This document shows, in pieces, positions 1-10,200 of a DNA stretch of 64,000 bases (positions within the stretch are counted from its first letter, which is position 1; each line of letters begins with the position of its first letter). The stretch comes from Spirochaetia bacterium. GTDB taxonomy: Bacteria > Spirochaetota > Spirochaetia > SZUA-6 > Bin103. The DNA lies in assembly GCA_965203515.1 (NCBI GenBank), contig OZ241907.1, positions 800,001 through 864,000 of the forward strand, in the 5' to 3' direction. The position numbers and the translations under genes were made by a program. The notes under the pieces were generated by a model. The model was given only the letters and a program-made list of their open reading frames with translations. It had not been told where the DNA came from and searched no databases.

Positions 1-321
1 GACACCGCTCAGGGCAAGCCCGGAGCCGGCATCCGGGTGGAGCTCTTCGAGGTGAGCGACGGCCGCAGACCGGTCGCGTCGGCACGCACCAATCAGGACG
101 GGCGCTGCGACGCGCCGCTGCTTGCAGGGGACGCCTTCCGTGCCGGCCGGTGGGAGCTGGTGTTCCACGTGGGCGAGTACTTCGCCGCGGCCGACCTGCC
201 GACCGCCGATCCGCCGTTCCTGGATCAGGTCTCGATCCGTTTCGGCATGGCCGCCGATGCCGATTACCACGTGCCCCTGCTGGTCGCGCCCTGGGGCTAC
301 ACCACCTACCGCGGCAGTTGA
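1..321 (+). CDS. uraH: 5-hydroxyisourate hydrolase (transthyretin-like), 5' end outside the window
   Basis: Frame is open from base 1 (DTAQGKPGAGIRVELF...), with RTNQDGRCD, YHVPLL and the diagnostic C-terminal YRGS; xdh genes are nearby. Confidence 0.93.
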   Translation, partial: DTAQGKPGAGIRVELFEVSDGRRPVASARTNQDGRCDAPLLAGDAFRAGRWELVFHVGEYFAAADLPTADPPFLDQVSIRFGMAADADYHVPLLVAPWGYTTYRGS

Positions 322-641
322 CCGCGGCGGAACAAACCGCTGAGGAAGGAGACGCCGCCGGCGGCGATCAGGAGTACCCCGCCCACGCCGACCAGACCCT
401 GCAGCACGGCGCCGAACAGCAGCATGATGCCGCCGCCCGCGACGCCGAACCATCCCGTGCGGCGCAGATGCGGTCGGGCAAGGACGGTCCACAATCCCCA
501 CCCCACGGCCACGGCGGCCAGAATGGTGCGCGATACCGGATTCAACAAGATGCCGTTGGCCAACAGAACGGCCAAGCCGCTGCCGGCCAGAAACAGGGCG
601 CTGGGGATCGCGGGCACCAGTTGTCGCTGCTCATCATCCAT
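306..641 (-). CDS. small hypothetical membrane protein (about 4 hydrophobic segments)
   Basis: 111-aa ORF made mostly of hydrophobic stretches; converges on and overlaps the uraH stop. Confidence 0.6.
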   Translation of the reverse strand: MDDEQRQLVPAIPSALFLAGSGLAVLLANGILLNPVSRTILAAVAVGWGLWTVLARPHLRRTGWFGVAGGGIMLLFGAVLQGLVGVGGVLLIAAGGVSFLSGLFRRGQLPR

Positions 642-756
642 GGGCCAAAGGTACTGCGCCGGCTTCGGCCGCGGCTACTGCCCGCGCAGTGATCTCAGCT
701 CCGCGCCGGTCCCGCTTTTGCGCATATCTCCGTGATCCCGTAGCATCGCGACCCTG

Positions 757-1895
757 ATGGCCGACCGCGACCTTGCGCGGCGCATCCGGTTGGGCGAAGA
801 CGCGGCTGGAGTTCAAGAGCGTCAGTGTCATCAGTGGCAGAGTCCGTGCCCCGGAGCGGCGCGCGCTGGCTGATGAACTGGCGGCGTTTGCCAACAGCCG
901 CGGCGGCACGCTGATCGTCGGCGTGGACGACAAGACGCGGCGCATCCGGGGCATCCCGTTGGACGACCTGGACGTAGTGGAGAGCTGGGTGCGCGAAATC
1001 TGCAACGACCTGGTGCAACCGGCGCTCGATGCCGACATCCGCAAGCAGGAGTTGGAGCCCGCGGAGGGCGGGACCGGCGCGGTGCTGCGCGTCGACGTCG
1101 AACGCAGCTTGTTCGTGCACAAGAGCCCGGGCGGCTACTTCCGCCGGATCGGCAGCTCCAAGCGAGAACTGGCCCCGGAGGTGCTCGCACGGTTGTTCCA
1201 GCAGCGCAGCCAGAGTCGAGTGATCCGGTTCGATGAATCGATCGTGCCGGCCACCGCCCCGGCCGATCTGCACTACTCGCTGGCGCAGCGGTTCGTGCGC
1301 GGCGACGTCGACGACTCTCCGGATGACCCTGACGACCGGTTGCGCAAGCTCCGCATCGTCGCCGATGACCCGGACGGACGCGCGCGGCTGACCCTCGCCG
1401 GTGTGCTGCTCTGCACCACGGACCCGCAGCGGTGGCTGCCCCACGCGTACATTCAGGCGGTCAGCTATGCCGGCGAGCGGACCGCCGCCGACTACCAGAC
1501 CGACGCCCGCGACCTCGGCGGGCCGCTGGACGAGCAGATCGCCGAAGCGCTGCACTTCGTACGGCGCAACATGCTGGTCCGTGCAACCAAGGAGACTGCC
1601 CGTTCGGAGCGTCCCCAGTTCAGCGAACGCGCCGTATTCGAGGCGATCGTGAACGCCGTAGCTCACCGCGACTACTCGGTCGCGGGCGCCCGGGTGCGCC
1701 TTCACCTGTTCGGCGACCGCCTGGAGCTGTACGTCCCCGGCGGGCTGGTCAACAGCCTCACGCCGGACAGCCTGCACTTGCGGCAAGCGAACCGGAACGA
1801 GTTGATCGTGTCGCTGCTGGCCCGCTGCGCGGCGCCGTCCGGCGTGGGCCGCACGCGGCTGATGGACACGCGCGGCGACGGGGTGCCGATCATTC
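757..1895 (+). pseudogene. AlbA_2 (Schlafen-like) DNA-binding + HATPase_c_4 ('RecG-like') protein, 5' part, interrupted by IS66 and frameshifted near 800
   Basis: ATG757 gives MADRDLARRIRLGED, then the frame shifts into RLEFKS...ELAAFANSRGGTLIVGVDD; later EAIVNAVAHRDY. Coding is cut at the IS66 left end (1896). Confidence 0.85.
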
Positions 1896-1968
1896 GTAAG
1901 CGTCCGGTGAACCCCACCTTACAAGGGGATATATAGAGGTACATCGTCCCTGGCAGGAGGGACGAACG

Positions 1969-2283
1969 ATGAGACAGGGACGAGAGTATTGGAGCCGGCA
2001 CGTGGCAGCGTGGCGACGCAGTGGGCTCACGAAGAAGGCGTATTGCGAGCAGCATGGTCTGTCCTACTGGTCGCTGCGCAACTGGGACGGCAAGCTGCCG
2101 GAGACGGCCGACCGGCGTCAGCCGCTGGTCGAGTTGGCGCGGGCGGCCGGCGGGGCCAAGGACGCCGAGCAGCACGCGACGATGGAGTTGCTGGTCGGCG
2201 AGCGGTACGTGCTGCGGCTGTGGCCGTCGGTCCGCGCTGAGCATCTGCGCGAGGTGCTGGCGGCGCTGGAGGCGCTGAAGTGA
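1969..2283 (+). CDS. tnpA: IS66 accessory protein TnpA
   Basis: W..HVAAWRRSGLTKKAYCEQHGLSYWSLRNW HTH pattern; SD AGGAGG upstream. Confidence 0.88.
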   Translation: MRQGREYWSRHVAAWRRSGLTKKAYCEQHGLSYWSLRNWDGKLPETADRRQPLVELARAAGGAKDAEQHATMELLVGERYVLRLWPSVRAEHLREVLAALEALK

Positions 2284-2633
2284 TCCGGCTGGAGTTGGAG
2301 GCGGCGCGCATCTACGTGCGGCCTGGTGCGACCGACCTGCGCAAGCAGATCAACGGGCTGGTGCTGCTGGTGCAGGAGCAGATGCGGTTGAGTCCGTTCG
2401 AGGCGTCGTTGTTCGTGTTCTGCAACGGGCAGCGGCGACTGCTGAAGGCGGTGTACTGGGATCGGACGGGGTTCTGTCTGTGGATGAAGCGGTTGGAGCA
2501 GGGCAGCTTTCCGTGGCCGCGAACGGCGGCCGAGGCGCGGCGAGAGATCGACGCCGAGCAGCTGCGGATGCTGTTGGCAGGGATCGATTTCTGGAACCGA
2601 CACGAGGAGTTGAGCTACGCCGAAATCGCCTGA
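2280..2633 (+). CDS. tnpB: IS66 accessory protein TnpB
   Basis: TDLRKQINGL, LFVFCN, KAVYWDRTGFCLWMKRLEQGSFPWP; GTGA overlap with tnpA. Confidence 0.95.
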   Translation: MIRLELEAARIYVRPGATDLRKQINGLVLLVQEQMRLSPFEASLFVFCNGQRRLLKAVYWDRTGFCLWMKRLEQGSFPWPRTAAEARREIDAEQLRMLLAGIDFWNRHEELSYAEIA

Positions 2634-2649
2634 CGGGCTTGGTTCGATC

Positions 2650-2678
2650 TTGACTGGCGGCGGTATTTGAGGTAAGGT
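2650..2678 (+). promoter_or_regulatory. candidate sigma70-type promoter for tnpC
   Basis: TTGACT (2650-2655), 17 nt, TAAGGT (2673-2678), ending 6 nt before ATG2685. Confidence 0.45.
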
Positions 2679-2684
2679 AGAGAC

Positions 2685-4376
2685 ATGTCTGCCGCACCGT
2701 CGGTGGTCGAACAACGCGACAGGTTGCGCGTGGAGAATCGGCTGCTGGTCCTGGAAAAAGACGAGTTGATCGTGCGCAACGATCAACTCGTCGCCAGGAA
2801 TAGTTCACTCGTCACCAGGAATAGTGCGCTGGATCATCAGGTCCATGCGCTGGATCATCAGGTCCAGGAGTTGGACAAGAAGATTGAGCTCTATGAAGAG
2901 GAGCTCGCCTGGTACCGAAACCGGCGGTACGGGCGCAGCAGCGAACAGCTGAGCGCTGCCGAGCAGCAGCAGATCCGGCTGTTCAACGAGATCGAACGGA
3001 GCGCCGACCACGCCTTGCCGGTCGACCCACTGCCTGCCGAACCGGCGGCCGCCCCGGTGCCGAGCCGCGCCCGGCGCCCGCGCCGCCAACCGCTGCCGCC
3101 GTCGCTGCCGCGGGTCGAGCGGGTCGTCGACCTTCCCGAAGCAGACCAGCAGTGCGCCTGCGGCCACCGCATGGTCCGCATCGGCGAGGAGACCGCCGAG
3201 AAGCTCGACGTGATCCCGCCGCAGGTGCGGGTGCTCCGCACGGTGCGGCCGAAGTACGCCTGCCATCACTGCGAGGGCTCCGGCGACGAGCAGCGTGCGG
3301 CGGTGCGGGTGGCGCCGGCGCCGGCGGCGCTGATCCGCAAAGGAGTCGCCAGCGAAGGGCTGCTGGCGTTCATCGCCACGGCGAAGTTCTGCGACGCGCT
3401 GCCGCTGTACCGGCAGGAGCAGCAGTTCGCGCGGCTGGGAGTGGCGGTGTCGCGGCGCACGATGGCCGACTGGATGCTGGCGGTCGCCGGCGCCTGTCGG
3501 CCGCTGCTGGCAGCGCTGGGCGACCAACTGCGCGGCGGACCGATCCTGCAAATCGACGAAACGACCGTGCAGGTGCTCAACGAGCCGGGACGCGCCAACG
3601 CGACGCGCAGCTACGTATGGGTGGCCCGCGGCGGGCCGCCGGCGGCGCCGGTGGTGATCTACCGGTATGAGCCGAGTCGGGCCGCACGGGTGGCGGCCGA
3701 CATCATCGGCGACTACCAGGGCTACGTGCAGACCGATGGGTATGAGGGCTACCTGCGGCCGTGCAGCCAGCCGGGCATCCGGCACGTGGGCTGTTGGGCG
3801 CACGTGCGGCGCGCCTTCAAGGAGGCCGCCGAGGCGTTGAGCAAGGTATCGAGCCGTAGCGGTGCGGCGCTGCAGGCGCTGGGGTACATCGCCAAGCTGT
3901 ACCGCATCGAGACGCAGCTAGCGAGGTACCGGACCGAGGACCCCGAACGGTTCGTGGCCGAGCGGCGCGCGCGGGTGGAGCCGGTGCTCGTGCAGATGCA
4001 CGAGTGGCTGCGGCACAAGCGGGAGCAGGTGCTGCCGAGTTCGGCGCTCGGCAAGGCGGTGGGGTTCGCGTTGGGACAGTGGCCGAAGCTGATCGGCTAT
4101 GTGGAGCACGCGCAGTTGACGCCGGACAACAACGCCTGCGAGCAGGCGATCCGGCCGTTCGTGGTGGGCCGCAAGAACTGGCTGTTTGCCGGCAGCCCGC
4201 GCGGCGCTGCGGCGAGCGCGACGCTGTACAGCCTGATCGAGACGGCGAAGGCCAACCGGCGAGAGCCGTACTGGTATCTGCGCGAGTTGTTCGAGCAGCT
4301 GCCGCACGCGCGTACCCGTGCCGATTTCTTGGCGCTCCTGCCGACCGCGCGTCCACCGCCGCCGCCCGCTACGTAG
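2685..4376 (+). CDS. tnpC: IS66 DDE transposase TnpC
   Basis: YGRSSE, CACG...KYACHHC Zn ribbon, LPLYRQ, QIDETT, QTDGY, CWAHVRR, DNNACEQAIR, YSLIETAKAN. Confidence 0.97.
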   Translation: MSAAPSVVEQRDRLRVENRLLVLEKDELIVRNDQLVARNSSLVTRNSALDHQVHALDHQVQELDKKIELYEEELAWYRNRRYGRSSEQLSAAEQQQIRLFNEIERSADHALPVDPLPAEPAAAPVPSRARRPRRQPLPPSLPRVERVVDLPEADQQCACGHRMVRIGEETAEKLDVIPPQVRVLRTVRPKYACHHCEGSGDEQRAAVRVAPAPAALIRKGVASEGLLAFIATAKFCDALPLYRQEQQFARLGVAVSRRTMADWMLAVAGACRPLLAALGDQLRGGPILQIDETTVQVLNEPGRANATRSYVWVARGGPPAAPVVIYRYEPSRAARVAADIIGDYQGYVQTDGYEGYLRPCSQPGIRHVGCWAHVRRAFKEAAEALSKVSSRSGAALQALGYIAKLYRIETQLARYRTEDPERFVAERRARVEPVLVQMHEWLRHKREQVLPSSALGKAVGFALGQWPKLIGYVEHAQLTPDNNACEQAIRPFVVGRKNWLFAGSPRGAAASATLYSLIETAKANRREPYWYLRELFEQLPHARTRADFLALLPTARPPPPPAT

Positions 4377-4401
4377 AGGGTGGGATTCCCCGGACGCTTA
4401 C

Positions 4402-4513
4402 GATCATTCGCCGGGAATGCCGCGATCTGTCCGGGCGGCTGCCGGAGTATCGGCTGATCGACGACAGCGAGTTGCTTCTGGTGATCCGGGCGGCTGGCAG
4501 CGCCGGGCCATGA
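4402..4513 (+). pseudogene. 3' part of the IS66-interrupted AlbA_2/HATPase_c_4 gene
   Basis: Removing the IS and one TSD restores GDGVPII-RRECRDLSGRLPEYRLIDDSELLLVIRAAGSAGP*. Confidence 0.85.
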
Positions 4514-5198
4514 TCGACCGCAAGCGCATGGTGTGCCTTGCGAACGCGCGCACGCTGGCCGGCCGCTGCATTGCCGGCCGCGAACTGGCGGGCCGGCAGG
4601 TCGGTAACTGGATCCGCCCGGTGAGCGCCCGGCCCGGTCAGGAAGTGTCCGAATACGAGCGCCAGTACGAGGACGGCGGCGACCCCCGGGTGCTGGACAT
4701 CATCAGCATTCCGGTGCTGGAGCCGCGGCCGGATCGGTGGCAGACCGAGAACTGGTTGCTCGACCCCGACCGCTACTGGCGGAAGGAGGGAACGTGGTCG
4801 TGGTTCGATCTGCCGGCCCTGCGGGATCCGGTGGCGCCGCTCTGGATCGACGGTTGCCACACCTACCAGGGGCGCAACGACAGAATTCCGGAAGAGTCGA
4901 CGCGTTCGCTGTCCGGTTCGTTGCGCCTGGTCACGCCGAACGACTGCAACTCGCCGTGTTCCGTCCCGGCGAGGCGTTCGGCAACCGCAAACGCCGCGTG
5001 CAGGGGCGGTTCTCCCACGCCGGCGTCGACTATGCGCTGTGGGTTACCGATCCGGTGTACGAGCGCGAATACCTCGCCAAGCTGGACGGCGGCTATGATC
5101 TCGGGGAGTGCTACCTGACCATCAGCCTCGGTGAGCTGTACCAGCAGTTCCGCTACAAGTTGATCGCCGCCATCATCGAATGCGATCTCCGATCATGA
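4510..5198 (+). CDS. dual OB-fold-type protein (DUF488-associated), one frameshift near 4932
   Basis: ATG4510 overlaps the upstream TGA. MVCLANAR...GRCIAG...WIRPVS...QTENW, then a 1-nt deletion (gtc[c]ac) into ...VDYALWVTDP...LTISLGE...YKLIAAII. Confidence 0.7.
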
Positions 5199-5803
5199 CC
5201 GCGCCCCGAGTATTCACCATCGGCCACTCCAACCACTCGTTGGAAGCGTTTCTGGAGTTGTTGGCGAACCACGGCGTCACGGCCGTGGCCGACGTGCGTT
5301 CGGCGCCGTTCAGCCGCTTCTGCCCGCAGTTCAATCGGGACGCGCTATCCGCAGCGCTCAAGGACCGCGGCATTCGCTATACCTGCCTCGGCCGCGAGCT
5401 CGGCGGGCGCTCGGCCGATCCCGCCTGTTACCGGGACGGGCAGATTCGGTATGAGCTGGTCGCCCGAACCGGCTCGTTTCAGGACGGCCTGGCGCGGATC
5501 GTGGACGGCGCCGCGCGCCATCGCATCGCGCTCATGTGCGCGGAGAAGGAGCCGCTGGCCTGTCACCGCACGCTGCTGGTCGCCCCGGCGCTGGCGGCGT
5601 CGGGCATCGCGGTCGCGCACGTCCTTGCCGATGGCAGGCTCGAACCGCATGAGAAGACGCTGGACCGACTCCTGGAGCAGTTCGATCTGAGCCCCACCGG
5701 CGATCTGTTTCAACCGCGCGAGGAGTTGCTCGCGGACGCGCTGGCGCGGCAGGCCCGGCGCGTCGCCTTCGTCTCCAAGGACGTAGGCCGGACCGGCTCT
5801 TGA
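5195..5803 (+). CDS. DUF488 domain protein
   Basis: VFTIGHSNHS, ADVRSAPFSR, ELGGR, ALMCAEKEPLACHR; ATGA overlap with the upstream gene. Confidence 0.9.
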   Translation: MTAPRVFTIGHSNHSLEAFLELLANHGVTAVADVRSAPFSRFCPQFNRDALSAALKDRGIRYTCLGRELGGRSADPACYRDGQIRYELVARTGSFQDGLARIVDGAARHRIALMCAEKEPLACHRTLLVAPALAASGIAVAHVLADGRLEPHEKTLDRLLEQFDLSPTGDLFQPREELLADALARQARRVAFVSKDVGRTGS

Positions 5804-5946
5804 TGGCGGCAAGCGTGCCCGATCATCTCCCGGAGTTCCCGTTCCTCCTTGGGATCAAGCGGCCGGCCGAGCCGGGGCGCCTCCTCGATGCTTTCGATGA
5901 TATTTCGTTCCTCGTCGTCAAGATAGGTAAGCGGTGAATCAGTCAT
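5800..5946 (-). pseudogene. possible orphan antitoxin-like N-terminal remnant
   Basis: Good SD (GGGGAG), then MTDSPLTYLDDEERNIIESIEE, resembling the acidic start of small antitoxins. It runs into the DUF488 tail; no toxin partner is visible. Confidence 0.3.
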
Positions 5947-6127
5947 TTTCTCCCCGTTCCCGATAGTGCTTTTGCGTGACGGATATCGTTTCAACGTCAG
6001 CCGGTCGTCGCACCACGTTCGGGCGTACGCTTTGCCGCGGTCCCGCGTCGCCATACGCCGGGAACCATGCCACGTCCACGCGCTCACGTCAAGAATGCGT
6101 TCCTGAGTCGGGCATCGTCCACTCCGC

Positions 6128-7234
6128 TCAGCCATAGCATAGGCGCAAAGCCTCATCGGGTTCAAGAGGCTCCATGTGCGCGAGATTGTTGCGGACATGC
6201 CGCAGAAATTGCACCTGATTTTTCAACCCCTGTGGCGCATCTGTATGATCGAGATGCCGTGCCAACGGGCCCACTTCCAGATCGAGAAGGTCGTGAACCT
6301 GCTGTCCGGCGCGATTATCTATGGGTGGCTTCAAATACCGGCAACAACGAGGTACGAGCCCCATGCGCCGTTCCTCGACGAGCGGCAACAGAACCGCCGC
6401 TTGACCGGCCCAGATCCTCCGAAACACCGGACGTAACTCGCCGGAGACGGTCAGAAGCGCCGAGTGCACGATCGGCCGATCATCGGGACCATCCACCGTC
6501 CCATCCTCCCAGCGCCTGGACGTATCCGAGTTCCACCCACGGCATCGTGCATAATCCCGGAGTGTATCGTCAGGGCTCAACGCCTCGTCAAAAGATGCGG
6601 ACAGAAGCTGCTCGGCAAGCAGACAATCCCACTGCGCTACTTGCGATACGGTATGTGCTACCAGTGCCCGATGTTCAAGACGTTCGATACTGTCGGGAAG
6701 CTTGCATAACGCAAACATGAAAAGCTCCGTCGTATCTACAACATTGCGAAAGTCCCGGCGTACGAGGGCAACCTCTTCGGGGGTATGTTCCGCCACCACC
6801 TCGCCAGAAAGAACAACAATGAACAGGGTTCGGTCTATCAGGTCTACGCTACGGCATGCATCTGCGTACGCCGCTAGAGCGGCCGCCCACTGCGCCCAGT
6901 CAGAACGGTCGATATTCTCTATCCAAAGAAGCCGCCCTTGAAACGAAGCAGTGTCCGCCATCTCCGCCATCCCTCGTGCTCTGAGTGCGGTGACATCCGG
7001 GCAAAGACGTTCGCGTAGTAAAGCGACGGGGTCAGACGCTCCACACGACGCATCAATTGAGGTCCATGTGCCGCAAACCGACTGCAAACGTCCTCTCAGT
7101 TCCCTCGCCAAGCCGGCCGGCACCGAGCATGGAAATCGAACGATTACGTTCGATCCGTCCCGGATCGCATTTTCGATGTCGTCAACAAACGACGCGGGCC
7201 GAGGTAAACTCCAGATGTCCACGGCCTCGGTCAC
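6128..7234 (-). CDS. hypothetical protein with a degenerate P-loop-like N-terminus and a C-terminal HEPN-like RxxxxH motif
   Basis: 368-aa ORF whose GTG abuts the upstream stop; LLWIENID Walker-B-like strand; LRHVRNNLAHMEPL near the C-terminus; lower-GC codon usage. Confidence 0.75.
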   Translation of the reverse strand: MTEAVDIWSLPRPASFVDDIENAIRDGSNVIVRFPCSVPAGLARELRGRLQSVCGTWTSIDASCGASDPVALLRERLCPDVTALRARGMAEMADTASFQGRLLWIENIDRSDWAQWAAALAAYADACRSVDLIDRTLFIVVLSGEVVAEHTPEEVALVRRDFRNVVDTTELFMFALCKLPDSIERLEHRALVAHTVSQVAQWDCLLAEQLLSASFDEALSPDDTLRDYARCRGWNSDTSRRWEDGTVDGPDDRPIVHSALLTVSGELRPVFRRIWAGQAAVLLPLVEERRMGLVPRCCRYLKPPIDNRAGQQVHDLLDLEVGPLARHLDHTDAPQGLKNQVQFLRHVRNNLAHMEPLEPDEALRLCYG

Positions 7235-10200
7235 TCACTTGGACGCCGTGAGGAGCCGACCAACCACACCGTCAATCTCCCATGTAGTACCGTTCCGGCG
7301 GACAACGTGCAGTAGTTCAGCCCACCTCAATATACTCATCAGAGTATCTTTGTCTACATCACGATCTTCGGCGAACGTCCGCAGGTCGGCAAAATCTGCA
7401 GCTTTCAAGTGCGCAAGATCGCACAGAACGTCCCTTCGTGATCCTAGACAATCCAGGCAGAATTGCTTCTCGAGATGCTGAAAACTCGTCGAGTCTCTAA
7501 GTTCAGTGTCGAGACGTTCAAGGCCTTCGTCAAAGTTTCCGGCCTCTTTCACCAAATAGTATAGCTGTTGGAGCAATGCCCACCAGCCCCCCGTATGCTG
7601 GACGATCTTCGGACATTTCTCGGCAGCATCCGGAAACCCTAAATCATCTATCCACTGAAGAAGAAAACTCTCCCTCCACGGGCGCAGTGGAACCCATTCA
7701 AGCCTTTTGAGATTGAGATCGTCGAGCGCCTCGCGTGCGATATGAAGTTTTAGCAGGCGTGCAGCGTCTGCCATGAATAGAACTCGTACGCTCTTGTCTC
7801 TGCGGCCTCGGAGATCGAGTCCGCGAACACGTTCTAACGCCGTCTCGACCCATCTCTTGCTCCAGGGAATCGTGGCAGAAATCACGTAAATGGTCGTACC
7901 TTCGGGTCTTCGATCAAAGTGACGGACGAGCACTTCTTCAAACTCATCGTGATTCGTTGAATGTTCGAGCTGTATGATAGGATCGGTCTTCTTGCGGTTC
8001 AGAAAGCGCAGTACGTCGTCGTAACCCGATGCCGGCAGGCCACAGACTATCGAGACACCGTTCTTCATGACGCGGAGCGATCCTTCCTGCTGATAGGTTA
8101 GGGGATTACGAGACGGAGAATCCGTGCCCTTCGGGTCATGAGCTCTAAACGTCCTGGAGTCAACTTCCTGCGGCACTTCACGAGGCCTGAAAAGATTCTC
8201 CTCAATTTCCTCCGCCGTACCCATCAGCATCAAGACGTTTGGGTTGCGCAGCGTATATCGGTGCTCGCCGACCTTACGCAGTACACCGAGCCCTTCCATT
8301 TCGTCGAGAAGCGACCGGAAACGGTCAGTCCGAGGCTCGACGTCTTCAAAGCCCTTAGGCCACCATACTCTGCTATCCTCATCTATCTTTCGATAATCGA
8401 GGCCCTCGAAAAGAACGGCATCGTGTTGGTTGCACTCCCAGGCGACGGTGTAGGCGATCACCTCGTACCGGGGATCAAGCTGCAATGTCAAGCGAAATCT
8501 CTGACGAAAATCCTCGCGCAGATTTGTGTTTATCGAATAAGTGGCATCGATGAGTTCCTCTGGAATGTCATATGGCGGAATCTCGCTGACGCGCTTGGCC
8601 ATGGACTTGACAAGTGCTGAGCCGTAAATTTGAATGAGGTGCGGATAGTAATTGGTGCGAGCAAGAATTCGGGTTATGAGGTTGTTCTCAAGCGTGTAGC
8701 CGGCGGCCGCAAGCGGCTCGCGGATCAGCGCGTGAGCGTCGCGCCACAGTGGGCCGATTTGAACGGGCGTGCCGAAGTGGCCGAGCGGATGATTCGAGGA
8801 CTCGGCAGTCCGCAGTACGTTGTGAAGACCTGCGAAGACAACCTTGATGGAACGGTCGGTACCGTCCATGAGTCCTTTGAGACGTGTAGATACGCGATAC
8901 TCACTACCTGGGCCTCCTCGTACCTGCCGGGTGCCGTCAACTTCCAGAAATTTGTCGGCTTCGTCCAATAGCAACAGAAGCCTTCGTCCCGATTCCTTGT
9001 TGAAATGATCGACGAGAAATTTGTGGAAAGCATCGATACGGCCTTTGATGTTGGGAATATTGGGATTTGGGACCTTGACGTCGGCCGGTATCTCAAGCTC
9101 CTTTGATAGGGCACGCCAGATGGCGGACCAGATGCCGTCTACTCCTTGGTCATAGCCCTGATCATAGCCGACGCCCTCGCGTTTCAGATCGATCCATACG
9201 GCATAGAAGCCGTCGGCGGGTCGATGGTACCTGTTTTCGACGGCGCGGAGAAGTGCTGTCTTGCCTAGCTGCCGGCCGCCATAAATGAAGCAGGACTCAT
9301 TCCGATCCTCGATTTCTTGCATCTCGGGCTCACGGCCATAGAACATTTCGGGGGGTACCAATCCGGCGGTGGTGACGTAGGGCTGAACATAGGTAAAAGG
9401 CAGCGAACAGGCAAACAGAATAGGGACTCGGGAGCCGGTCTCCCCACACAAGTACAAAAGCAACAAATCGTCGACTATGAGTAGGCTCCGACCGCGTTCC
9501 CGAGCGAGGCGTGCGAGCTCGGCTCGGCGCGATTTATTGAGCACGCCGAAATACAACACGATGGTCGCTCCCCGTCTGCCACTATTGCCTGCATGCTGAA
9601 GGATGTCTTCCTCGGTTGGGCTTTTCCATAGAAACAGGATCCTATATTTTCCGTTGGCGGACGATCCGAATTCAGGAATGGGGCAACGCTCCCGCCTGTC
9701 CAACGGCTCTGTTTCCAAGATAGATTCTCCGATATCGCGGTCGTCTCTTCGAGTGAGTTGTACGTGTCGTACGATAAAGCCAATCTCCGAGAAGAGAGTT
9801 TCGATTTCCTCTCCCGCGGAGTCGCGAAGGCGACCTGCGCGATTGAGGTCGTACCATGCTGTGAGCATGCGTTTGGCTGACTTTCGTCGCTCGTGCGGAA
9901 CTGCTGTAAGCGTCATGCCTCCAAGCTCGTCAGCGGTCGCAATCTGCTGAATGATTAGTCCGGGCGACTGAGACTCTATCGCCTCTCGAATCGCTTCAGA
10001 TCGTTTCGGATAGAAATCCGAAAATGGCTGTCGTCGGGAATTTCGCTCGCCCGCTGATGCGGCGTCAGTCGCATCACGCTGGTCGATGAGCTCATTGGCG
10101 GTAATGATGTCGCCGCGTCCGATCGCGTCCAATATCGTTGCGTATCGTGAACTGTCGGGCGGGATCTCAGAACGCTGGAGGCGGTTCTTTATCTTCTTTT

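Larger units (their letters stand above)
1896..4401 (+). mobile_element. complete IS66-family insertion sequence (2506 bp)
   Basis: IRL GTAAGCGTCCGGTGAACCCCACCTT (1896-1920) versus reverse-complemented IRR GTAAGCGTCCGGGGAATCCCACCCT (4377-4401), 22/25 match. 8-bp TSD GATCATTC at 1888-1895 and 4402-4409. tnpA-tnpB-tnpC order. Confidence 0.97.

Noticed and set aside
757..4513. True RecG helicase
   Set aside because: No SF2 helicase motifs; only AlbA_2 and HATPase_c_4-type segments are present.
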